Shown in pieces: positions 27,601-40,700 of a DNA stretch of 64,000 bases; position 1 is the stretch's first letter; each line of letters starts with the position of its first letter. A program made the translations under genes and the position numbers. The notes below the pieces were generated by a model. It was not told the origin of the DNA. It made no database searches and saw only the letters and a program-made list of their open reading frames with translations. Location: assembly GCA_965285935.1 (NCBI GenBank), contig OZ260667.1, forward strand, positions 26,536,001 to 26,600,000, written 5' to 3'. Source of the DNA: Ophelia neglecta. Its lineage: Eukaryota.

Positions 27601-30600
27601 CAATAACATAAAAGCTTGGTGTTGGTAAAATTAACGACCACTAGACAAAAGCGATCAATGAGGAATAAAAAAACAAGAGGTTAAACAGCCCGTCTGAAGT
27701 CATTAATCACCTTACGTGATGTTATCTTTTATCGGTATTGTGGTAGGGGTATGTGTGTTGTAGTTTTGTAATTTCATTTGCAGGCGCACACTTGCGTGAT
27801 ATGTCCGCGTGGATATACATTTATGCCTGTAGGCCCTTGCTTGTGTGGGTATTTTTTTTCGTATTTATAAATAAATAATTTTATCCCCATCTTATATAAA
27901 CACATGAACTTATCATATATTTTATCTGTTTATATGCATTATACTGTACTTTATGTTCGATTTATGAATTAGATGATTCAAATAAACTTTTAAAACTTAC
28001 AAAACTCAATTTATATCGAGCCATAATAAATTTTTAAGCGTCTGAGTGGCAAATACCGTCACGGTGGTTTCCTTTCTCACTAGTATATTTCAACAGAAAG
28101 AGGGAACCCAGTCACAGCTTGAAAATATTATTAAGCTATGACATATTACTTTCTATCAAACAGGACTTTTTTCACTCGGGTGCTGTGATGCATACAATAG
28201 GAGTAAGACTGGGTGGACTAATATAATGGTGAAAACAGGCAACAGGTGCAGGAACAGGTTTTATACAGACAAAGGTGGCAAAATAGTCCTGGGGTTGAAG
28301 AAAGAAGTGCCTAACTAAACCTGAATAAAGAGCCAACTCATTTTTCAATACGTCCGACACATTGTATAACTGCGCAGGTATCATCCTCATAAATGCCTAA
28401 CAGGTAAACATATATACGACAATTTAGATGAAACTTTTCCAGTGACATTTAATCTTGAATCATGGTCTCACTTCTATAGTCTCACCTCTATTATATACTG
28501 ATTCAAAGTGCCTTCGATTTCCCTTCAGTGGCAATAAGTGAAACTGGATTCATGAAATTAAGTTCAGCATTTCTAAAGTTATATATTTAATCACACCATA
28601 AGGCGTGTGTTATATGTTTATAAAGTTGCGTAGTCATTATCTGATCACGACATGTATGTATTCACATGTAGAATAGAATGGGTGGGGTTAGTTTTTGGTC
28701 ACGGTACATGTACTTTTTGACCTAGTCGAAATTTCTCTAGTCAAACAGCACACTGTGCACAAACGATGCCTAATGGCGGTTGCTTCATGAGACCACAGTC
28801 ATATATCAAATTTGGGCGAGGTCCTCAGTTCTGACGATAGGCCTATGGTGCGTTATATCAGCAAATAAATATTAAACACATGTCTGGCTGTTATGTTTTG
28901 TCTCTCGGCTTACCTGTGGGGTTAAGACCGCCTTTTCATTACGGCAATTGAGTGAATGAAGTGGAAATCATTCAAATATTGGAACACATAATTGTTCTTT
29001 AGAAAAGTGACAATTAATGAATCCTGTGATAACCGGTAAATGAGTTCTATAATGATAATATAGTATATGTATATAATTATATTGCACATGTACAATGCAC
29101 TAACTTCGAGACACATCTTTGTATGAAAGTTTTCTGTTCAATGCTGGGCTTAAAAAATTTAAGTACAAAAACAGTCATTTGGTCCATGAGTGGCCCCAAC
29201 TCTTAAATGTAATTTTAATTAGTTGTATTTCAAATTAAAGAGGTTTATTAAGAGATGAATCTGTGTGAAATAGTATTACAATTTAGCGGGGGCAAAATCA
29301 TTATTGTGTACGGTAGGAATATGAACTACAAAACTTAATATAGGCAGTATATTATTATCGGTCACGGTTTGGTGCTTCAATATGCTAGTACTGTCATGAT
29401 TTCGCCATGAAACTTAATAAGGTCGGAGAGATTTCAGTTATGAATGAGTGGTTTTATTTATCATATAAGAAGCTATATTTGAACAAGTAACCTAGATGGG
29501 CTTTTAGTTATTTCAGGTATACATTCGTATGAATAGGGTCTACTAGGTACACAACACAGATCTTTGCATACTAGCTAGATCTTCAGGGAAACCAGATCAA
29601 GAGAACACTTTATATCAATGGAGGGCTGAAATGCTGGTATCCGCCTGCCATTTAGCAAGTGTAGGAAAACCTTCAAACTTGCAAGAACATGATTGTAGCT
29701 TTTTTGTGTTGATTTGGTGAGGATTAACGATATATTATATTATTATGTCTTGAAACTTGACAACTGGAGCTAGCTAGGCATTAGCGAAAGGTGAAATAAT
29801 GAATATCCAGATGAAACCTTTGTGTAATTGTAAAATATAAAATCCTAGTAGAACACATGATCAACGTAATAAAGATGCATCCCATCTTTGCCAACTTTTA
29901 GTGTAATGACAATAATTGCTATTTATTAAGAGAGGAATTATAAGTTATAAGTGTGTAAATGAACCTAAAATACCCATAACGTATATAAATGGCATATTGC
30001 TTTTATGTGTTTCATTTAGTGTTACGAATGTGTTTTTTGTGTGTGTTATGATATTACAACAAGGGGCGTTTTTTATGTGGTTATGGAGCTTATCCGCGTG
30101 TTTAAATTGCAGACTCGAACAAATATAAAGTATGAACAATGAAAATTCGTTACTTTATGCTTAATTTAAAAAAAATTGCGGATCAGACAAGAATGAGTAG
30201 AGTGCCACGAAATATTTACTTTTATTAAATAGATACAGGTAAATTAACGAGATTACAACTATTGCTACGCAAGTGGTTGACACAAATACCCCCCCCCCCC
30301 CCCGAGCGTCTTATCTGTTAAACTCTTTCGCATACCAAGAATAGAAGTGACGTAACAGTGTATCAATTGAATTTAGGTTACCCCTGTGTACTCGTAAAAG
30401 TCAAATATGAATATTTCGTGCGTTAGAACAGGAAATACAGATGAAAGGTTTGCAAACATTGCACCAATGTTAATTTTTTGAATTTTGAAATGATATTAAT
30501 TCAATATTATTTAATTCTGTTAAAAATGCCCAGTTTTCAAACTAAAATGCGCTTATGGACCAGGTAGGGAAAATTGGTACACATGCGGAATCATGTCTTC

Positions 30601-32642
30601 TATGGAATTCAGGGTTTTCTTTTTTCGAGCAATTTCCAATACTTTAACTGGTGTGCCACAATAACACTGGGGTCATCATGCACATTGCACGGAGAACTGT
30701 AGAATTCGGTGTTATCGCTCTTAGTATTGCAGTCATGTGTATTCACTCTTAACACTTCATAGAACATGTCAGAAAGGAGCAGGGAATATAGTTTTGTACC
30801 GTAAACCTATTGACTAACACCATCTTACAAACATAAATCAGCCGGTGGAGGGAGCTATTTGGGTAAATCATTTTTTGATAAACCCAAGAGGTACGGAACT
30901 TAATTAAAATGGATGGTGTAGACTCTACATTATTTAGTTATTCAGTTGTCTGTTAGAGTCTCGTGTCAGGGAATAGTCGCTTTTGGAATGTAAGGTGCCA
31001 CAGGGGGTAGGTCTTTACAACTTCATTTGGCATTCTAAGTAAGACTGCGATAGTACGAAAAATATTAATGGTTGCTTTGCATATGTTTATCTCCCCAAAC
31101 TAACATTGCGTACGTGTTTTTTTGCAAGAGGATTATACTCAAAGACTTACAGAGTAAAAATTGTTCCAGTCCCAAGTTGCAATGGTAAATACAGCACATG
31201 GATTCTTATATATAGAGCTATTTTTGTCGCTGGCACACTTGGAATTATATGTATATTTAAATCTCCCTGTCATGTGTATAGGATAAGGATTTGCAAAATA
31301 ACGTTTAATCACTGTTTTTGCAAACCTCCATTATGTTCAATTTTTCGACTTTTAGCTTTTAATTCAGAACAACACTAAGTTCGATGTGCAACCTCTCTGG
31401 CAAATCGTTGAGCTTTAGTACTAGGTTGTACCATTTCAGTAGAAATCAACATATACTTACTGTCAAAACCTTCTAGGAGCACGGCTCTAAACAGGTTTTA
31501 ACCCAAACCTCCTATGTGCACAATTTATGCATATAAACTTTGCTAACAGAGAGTGATAAAGCTAATATAAACCACTGAACAATTAAATGTTTGCATTTAT
31601 AGTTCTAACACAGTTATTAGTTAACGGGATGCATGGCTTTTTTTCTGGTAAGAAAAATGATGCATTAGGCGCCACAAATGCACAAAACCGTAGAAAATAG
31701 CCACCCACAGATCATTATGATATCCCGTAATATATGCATCTTTCTGCGAGGCCAAAACCTCCTATTTGCACCCTTCTTTGAGGCTCAAACCTCATAAGTT
31801 GTAATATATGTGTACTTTTGGTTATTTCTAATCTTAAAGGTTTTAGTCTAGACTTAATCATCACGACTTATTTGTTAACCCTGAAAGCAAGTTTTTATAA
31901 AATACCACAAGGTTTTTATTTCCAATGTCAGTAATGCACATAAGAGGTTTTGACATGACAAAGACGGTATGCTTCTTCAAAGTGACCAATCCATTCTACA
32001 AGCTTACCTTTTATAATAATATATAAATAACATATTATCGATTGTACTTACCAGTACTCCTGTCCATATTCTGGAGTAGTAATGAAAGTCAATACACAAC
32101 AGGATTTGAATGATGCCTGTGACGATAAGAAGGATGCCTAGGATAATAAAAAGCCACCAAAACATCGGCTTCTCTGTGGGAATAATCCGCTCTTCGACCA
32201 GTGTCGTAGACCGATAAGACTGCTCATTTATCAGCTCTCGTTTATCATAATCGTGCGTAACCTCGTGGTGAATCTCGCGCGTACGAGGGACGGGGTCTGA
32301 GTAAGCGGTCCGGACGATGCCGTTGCCCGCATAGTCCGTGCTATTGCTGGAGGTTTTGTAGGTCAAGGCCGGGACGCTCCTATGGTCGTCGAACCTCCGT
32401 ATGGCGATAGGGGTGTTTGACGCCGTCACATAGCGTCTTTCTGGTTCGCGCCGGAAAATCCGACTGATTACGCGCGTTCCTCGTGACTCCCGATCCCGGT
32501 AGGGGTCGTATGTGTAGTAACCATCGCTTCGCATGTCTTTTGGTGCTCCGAATCTTGGAAGACTTCCGCTTCGCCTAGTCAGCAAGCGTCCTTCTCCGTC
32601 GTAATATATATTTGGGTTTACACTATCCCTGAATCTATCCAT
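24628..32642 (-). CDS. Tandem double MS4A/CD20-like membrane protein (about 8 TM), 8 coding exons, 528 aa
   Basis: Exons 32642-32052, 27068-27009, 26513-26353, 26172-26007, 25897-25739, 25616-25551, 25266-25158, 24902-24628 splice in frame (1587 nt, all GT-AG). Two CD20-like TM2 motifs, IWTGVL|LIMFGAFG and PVWAGVI|PVIAGFVS. About 160-aa Arg/Tyr-rich N-terminus. Confidence 0.8.
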
Positions 32643-35600
32643 TTTTCTGCAAGTATAATGGAATATCTTAAATCTCATCTCTGAAATAGCATGTCAAGGC
32701 TAACGATGGATTCTCACAAATGTTCCAGCATACGTAAATAATTTCGGCTCACATTCCCTTAGTCCTGGGAGTAAAATCATTCATTCTACTCCCAGATTAA
32801 CCACATGACCAATAACATATAAAAGATATGTCAAAATGGGCATGGTCTAACACCCATATTGCATTATGTTGTTTTGTTATATTCATATTTTGAAAAAAAA
32901 AAAATGATCTGGTCCAAATAAATCTTACATCGTTCATTGTTGACGCTTTCGTGGCTCTCGCCGCGTCATCCGATCTCTCTCAAAAAGCCATAACTGGCCA
33001 TGGTGTGAACATGTGGTATTTCGTTCAATCGAAAAGTATCTCATTTCAGCAAGCATTCATTCCTCATTCCCTTAAGATATGTGTATGGTGGTCCAAAAGG
33101 ACAAGAATGTTGATTTGCAGCATACATATTGAGGAACCATGTTGATTATGATAAAATTAATTAACCGTTTTGCCTGATATGGTTTATCGTTGCCAAATAA
33201 AGAGTTCATTTAACCGGACACCGCCGTTTATGGTCCTCGATTCGCTGCCCAATATTGAAAACCCCATTTGGTTTGCATGCAATAAATATCAACAAGGATA
33301 CATCTTATCTTTCTCAGCATGTTATCGCTTATTCAATCATGTACTCTAGAGGTTTAAGGGATTTGGAAGCAGTGTCCCATGGTTTAATGTAAGAATATGA
33401 TTTTGAATCAGGCAACAAATGTTCAGGAATATGGCAGTGTGTCAGCATAATATTAATATGTAGTTAGATTTGCAATTAAAGTTACTGTGTTACAAAATAG
33501 TATGCAGACTGAATCTGTCCTCCACGGCAGTGATTTATATAGAACTTCCGAAACATAGTTTAACATATGATTTTTTACTATTTGATCAACAGACAGAATC
33601 CTTCTTTTCTTCACACTTACCCCCATGTTTACAAGTTTCATATTTGAGGTAGTAACTTATGATAGCTTAATACCAACCTTTGATGTTGTCCTTTTTTTAA
33701 AGTCAGAATTAAACTATCCTTTTTTGGTTAAAATATTATTCCAAACTATGCCAAGTTGTTATCCAGTCACTAAATGTCGTCTACTGTTATCATTAATACC
33801 ATCTTGTCTTTTGTCAGTGGTGCGAGAAAGCGATCGCTCCCAGTTAAATTCCAGTTAGGCTGAGTCCTTTCCGTCCTCAGAGATCGACACCACCTAGGTC
33901 TGTTCGAAAGGCGAGGACAAACTCCCAGCATTCACAGCGCCTGCTTGGGCGGATGCAACCTATAACCACTCGATATTATTAAAGCTAACTACGCACAGTG
34001 ATATGTTTAAAGGGGGTGCTTGACATTAAGGCGTTCCTGAATCCGTCTTGGTGTGAATTCCACCCAGAAGCGTTAATGGAGTAACAAATAGAGGAGTGCG
34101 CCGATGAAACCATGCGTGAAATATAGCCCTTACATGCCTGAAAGTATAAAACATGATGCTGGAATCCGCGAAGATAGATTTGGGCCAGAACTTTGATTCG
34201 AGTATGTCGTTAGCTCAAATTTTGAAACATTTGCAACAAGGATATATTCTGGAGCTTGTTGAAATAAGTTAATCATAATAATAATAGTTATAATTTAAAT
34301 TTCTTTAAATCATAGCATTACTCGCTTGGTCAAAACACTTTAGCACGTTTACGCCATTTAGGTACAAATGCACGTTCAACGTTTAGCTTTGAACCTGCGC
34401 ACTTTTTTGCTCTTTCTGGCATGCCTCGAATGAAAATGTCAAGAGCTGAATATTTAACAACAAAGCGGCTGGATTTTACTTTAGCCTAAATCGGTTTCTA
34501 CGATCCTGAGAAACAATTTAACAATAGTCCATCCGTCTTTCGCCTATAAGTATATATCTACCGGTAGGGCCCTGATATTGGTAATCGCGTGAATCGTACA
34601 TGTAATTATCATAGTGCTCGCTATTACATACATAGACGAATCTAGATTCCATGATCTTGTGCCATGCCCGTTTCTTGCGTATGTATGTTTCTTTACATAG
34701 TCGACTGGGCTAGGCAGGGCGTGGCCGGGCGTGAACTCGTCACAAGAAACCAACCATGCGTAAGACAGAAATAGCACGCCGCCCTGGCTATATAAATGAA
34801 AGCCGCCGCTCACGTAGACAATATCTGTATGAATGACAGTTGAATTAAATATATGTTTGATATTGAGTTTAATCTTAACCAGTTAAGACGAGACGGATGA
34901 ACATAATACCTGCAAGAAACACAGAAACTATTGAGCACTTCTATATTTTACGACCCCTAACTATTAAAGCATGTCTTCTTTGAAATGGAACCAGCGTGCT
35001 GACAGTAGTCGTGTATTCATCTATCCAATGAATATAGTCATAAAAGTGTCTTTATTGTGTGTTAAGGACTACATATACTACTAAAATCGCATTCGTGAAT
35101 ACCACATCCATCCCCTCTCTACTTACTCTCCCCACAGCCCAAAACCTTTGAAAATCTATACATTCAATTTTGTAAATGAACTTTTAATTTCTATATTATA
35201 TTTTTATGATTATTTCACTATGCGTATCCCATGAAAGAGTGTGGTATAAGTAATATTCTAATATCTTTCAGGACGGGTAGGGCTATCTGGATACTAGTTA
35301 GACGTTAGAAAAACAAGCTAAGGAACTATCAATCATGCATATGGCAAGTCCTAGATGACATCAGAATTTCTTTTCCAAACATGAAAAGAATACATGTATG
35401 TAAGTAAGTTTTTGTCCGCCTATGTTTATCGACAAGTTTGCATTTAAATAATAGTGTTTCTCTTCTAATAATTAATGCTCACATTAAGGTTCACACACAT
35501 CCCAACCTTGTTACTAATTTTGGTGTATAACAAGTTCCGAAGTGCATATAAATGTAGAACTATAGATGTTTGCGTAATGTTACTTGTTATGTCATCATGT

Positions 35601-37707
35601 AGGCTATTCGTTAAAAAAATTCATCGGTTATAAGTTATTGCATCTTTCCAAGTGCACGAGACGGGTGTTTCGTGGCATGTCGTGGCAGGGGCATGAGCAA
35701 CCATGTTTTTAGTATTTGTGTTTGTATTTGTGGCTCGTATGGCGGCACTGATCATAAAGGTGTTCCCTCCAGGTAAGATACTTTTTATTTTCCCATCGAA
35801 AGGTCGTAATAAGGAGTTGCTTTTGACGCTCTTTGGTGTAGACCTACTTATGGCAGGAATATCGCTGGCCTGTTTGGTCTATCTTAAAAAAACATGCCAG
35901 TGATTTATTGATGAATAAGGAACTGCCATGGAAAATAAATCCAAATAATATTTGAAAGTGAGGCAAATATCCTCATTTTCACTGAACTAATGCGATATGT
36001 GTGTTTAATTAAAGTAAGAAATATAAGACACCAGGAGACTGGTTTGTAGCAAAGGACGGTAAGGTGAGATATACCTGCTAAGATAACCAACATAATAGAT
36101 ATAAAAGTTCAAGAAATTAGTTTGTGAACAGAAAATCGTGTTATGCGCTTGAAGAAAAAAATTTATTTACATTTTACTTTTAACAGCACATAACAATTTA
36201 AGTGAAAAATGTTTGAAGTAATAATGTCACTCAGTTCCACGAATATTCATATCTTATATGTGCTGATTCTAAAAGAAAGGGTGAATGCTATAAATCTTAT
36301 CGTCTCTATTTAGGTTGTACTAGGGCTATTTTCAGATTAATTGATGTCTGCAACAATATGTAGAATACATACGTTGAATACATATTGAATTTGGATTTTG
36401 CTGATTTAAATCAATACAGAACATGAACAATCCCGTTTGTCGATATAATTACCGTTAGAACGAATCCAATTTGTGAAACCCCTTGCTAATTCAACGAATT
36501 ACTGTTTACTACAACTGGAAATGCAACAGGCGAACTGTAAAAGGATAATGTAACACATGTCTCCATATATAAAAAGCATGAAAGAAAAGTCTAGGGTCGG
36601 ACCAAAACATGCCTTTGTTGTATTAGCAAAAGCGTCCATTCTCATTCAACTAAACATTATTTGCAGAGCTTTACTCTAGTATGCATTTATATTCCAATAG
36701 TTTGGCACTAAATTGTCACCGGCACCTACAACATACATCGAGCAATTGCTGATTTTTGTGGGCGTGCTTTCTACCGAGCGCAGTGTTTTTCTTGAAGTTT
36801 GAATTTAAGCAGCTTAATTGTAATTTTATCGAGCAAGAATCTATGATAATCGTAATATATGCTTCGAGGCTTAAACTGATAATATTTAGTCAAGAGTGGT
36901 TGTTATATGTTTAGTTTTTTTAAATGCATCTCATACCTCTTGATTTTATTCGAGAAACTTTATAATTTATCAACTACACATTGATGTCGCGCTGACAGCT
37001 ACCATCGTGTAACATAGATCAACAGTAAACACACCTTACATCAGGTATATGGTCAAATACCTTGACGTTTACAGTCATATTTTTCTCAATCAGAGCAACA
37101 TTAAAAGAATATAGTATGACAGAAAGAAAGAATTATCGCCAGAACAAAATGTATACGTGTTTCGCATTTGACAACAATGATAACGAGAAAACTACGTGTA
37201 TTGGAGTAATTTGAATTTAAATGCGCGGGACCTTAACATTTTAAACAATGAAACAATGAAAGTGTAACCAACGTCACCCTCCAATATATATGTATATATA
37301 TATAATATAAATGTGAACTACACAACCTACTCTTATATCCATACTCTTATATTTCGTCCTATATTTGTCCTTATCTCAATTTATGTCCGGATATTGCGAC
37401 CTGTTATGCATGCCTGTAACTAGTGCTTATCACTTATTTGTTTGTATTCCTTTTTTATATATACATGTATTTCGTTACAAGTTATCACATTTAATGTCCA
37501 CGACATGTATGATATATAAATTCTGATGTTTTATGGGTTTCATGGCGGAAACGAAGCAAAGCTGTTTCCTCTTAACGCTCTTCAAAGCATGAATTCCTGT
37601 TTGATATTGGCAAATTGACTTACATATAAATTATGTTTTTCAATCCATTTATCTTATTTAATAATCTATTGGAAAACCTGCCAAATGAATCCGAATGAAA
37701 GTCATGT

Positions 37708-40700
37708 TCATTGTTGCTCACATCCACGCCTCATCGGCTGACGGACTCCGGCACTCCCAAGTTCTTCAATCTTGACCAATAAGCCGGTGAGTATAGTGAC
37801 ACCTCGCCGTTTGGTCGCCCACTCCAATTGGGAGTTTGGTATCTGAGGGTCCAGCTGAGTTTTGAGTCCTACCGTCTGGTCTCCTACGTCATAAGATCCG
37901 GGCTTTATGCGAACCTGGAACGCTACACGTGCTATATACGCTTTGGACGTTGTACTGTCTTCGTACCTGCAATGGAAAAATATACTGCTGTTTTTCAGCT
38001 TTGGACATGATTATTTTGATTGATTTGCATTGAAAATAAATCGCTCCATTGATCTTAGACCTTGACGCCAATGGTTATATGTTTATATGCGACTGAGCCG
38101 AGCGGGATGCAAGCGCCTGCGAACGTAGGTCACTCTATAGATACCATATATGTAGGTAAAAGAATGATATGCAAAAGAACACAATAAGAGTGCTAAATCG
38201 AAAGAGAATCCAATAGGGTATGCAAGTCAGTCACTACCGTTGGTTGTTGTGGCAGTCTCAGTAGCTTATATGGTAACATAGAACTACTAGGCCGTTCTTT
38301 TGTTATTGGGTGTTTTCCTTTCCAAGGTACGAAATGTGGCATTGATCGTTGGTGAATTTCGATTGTATTTTTCGAAATACTTTAAAGTGCAATTCACAGT
38401 TCAGAATATCCAATATACAATCAGATCTTCATCTTCAAAGAGAAATAAAAGGCGTTGTGCTCTAGTTTGTTTGTCACTGCACGAACTGTGCATGCTGAGA
38501 CGGGATCTGCTTCGGAAAGAGATTTGCTTTTTTTCGATTTATTATTCGATAGTCAAACTTAGAGAGTTACGTCATACTTTTTATGGCCCAAAATGAATAA
38601 TGTATACTGAGAAAGTCCGCCCAGTTAATACGAATGACTTCACTTGCATTCTCGCACAGTGCAAGTGTCACGTCGTTACGTGAATTTTGATGAAGTTGGT
38701 ACTATATCCCGGATCGTGAAATTTCCGTCAACGGTTAGGTCCGTTTCCGGTAAAGTCCGATATTTGAAAGACAAACCATCGCTCGCACACTAAACTATGT
38801 CTATATGTAACAGACGAGATTGATGATTGTAACCATATATATCAAATATGTCGCACTTAGCTGGCCGTGAATAGACATTACATCCTGCGTATCTGATGGA
38901 AGGAGACAAGTAGATTTTGTTGACATCATGTCCGGGTGGAGGTTTCATATCCGGATTGCTTGGATCATAGTGGTTGTCTGGAGGACGTAGTTCGTCGCCC
39001 TCTGGTGGCAAATCACCTGTGTAAACAAGGTTCCTACATCAATGATCGAAACGCGTATTCTTCGCTTACTCGCACACCAGACATCCCACAATAAAATCGG
39101 CGTCCAATTTGCCTGTAACGCTCTTCATGTACGTATAAAACCAATATTTAAGTTTTTGTAATCTAATTTCACAGGTAATAATAACTTTTTTGGGGAACAT
39201 ATTCAAGTAATTATAAAGGTTTCTTATTGTGCCAAAATTATATTAGATGTTCAATGACTTTGTTTAGTAATATACTTCTTTCTGACTAATGTTTCCGATC
39301 CTACAAACGAAAAAATATTTACCACTGACAGTGTTGATGGTTCCAACTGTCGATTAATGTATCTCACTTTAGAATTAACTACTATATTGCCTAACCTGGC
39401 ATTAACAGGTCTCCTGTATCCAGTATACTTTTCACACAATCGTGCCGTGTGCCGTGAAATGCCACGTGCCACATTTTAAACACATCCAGACTATCTGCTT
39501 TCGCGGGAGTCCTGCCAAAGTAAAAGAAAAAAAATAGGGCAGTGCTGATGAAAACTATCTGTTTTATTTATTTTTTTCTTTTATCTATTAATTGGTCTTC
39601 TCCACTTGTCTTACCTGAGACCAAACTTGTACCATCCTATCGGTACCCCGTAGATGGAGGTTGGCACCCCCCGTCTGTAGTACGGCTGGTCTCCACGGCG
39701 GCCATGACAGTTACTGCAGAAACACGTGTCATATGACTGATCAAAGTACTTGTCTGAAATTGATCATAAAAGATAAAACATTACAGTATTAATTTCAAAT
39801 TATGTAGGGAAAAAGCGTTAATCATTTATCAGTATACAAAAGGCCAGTTATACGTCAACAATTAAACTTAATGTCTAATTACCAACCTCCAAGACAAAAT
39901 CACTTATAAGAGAGATTTATAAGCACAAGCCTTGAGCACCGATCCCGATCCACTGCCTCATTTTACATAATTAATATATGTGTAGGTATATTTTATTACC
40001 TGAGAGCCCCAGACAATTCTTTAGCCGCTTACAGACGCCCTGAAAGCTACACTCCTGTTTTCCGCTGATAGCATTCGTTGGAGGAAAAAATTGTTTTGGT
40101 GCAGTGGCTGCAAAAAAAATACAAAGGTACCATATATATCGTTAAACCGCATTATTATATGAAGTTATCTTGCCTACAACTGTCATTTGAGTTGATTGAA
40201 TGAAGAAAAATCACATTTTTGGCTTTTCTTAGTCACTAATAAATGAAATGAGTAAAATAATTGTAATATGAAATAATAAATTACCTCTAGGTGTTCTCGG
40301 TGTCGCAGCGCTCTCTTCAACGGCCTCTTGTAGGGCCTTGGTGAACCACCAAAGAAGATCCTTTCGCTGGCCTTGCTCGTCTAAACAAATTAGCAAATAT
40401 GGTGAAAGCATACATTCTTTTAATGCCTTGTAATGATTCTTTACATTAATTTTATAATGAACACCTGGTCTGAACAGAATACTTTCGTTATCACGCCTGT
40501 CCATTAAAAAAAATCACAGACATTCCCTGCCCACGCGTTCTAAGAGCAACTATAGGTGATCATAATACCTGATTCTTCGTCTGAGTCGCTGCTGTCGTCT
40601 GACTGCCATGCAGTCGCTTTGGCCGTTGATTCGGACTGTTTTTGGCACTTAACTGTTGCTATGTGCAAGAAAATTGAAGTTAACCATAAATGCAGTAAAG

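Noticed and set aside
35703-35903. Hydrophobic ORF with a strong donor (ccag|gtaaga) resembling a signal-peptide exon
   Set aside because: No compatible downstream coding exon was found, and the hydrophobicity comes from a low-complexity TTTGTR repeat.
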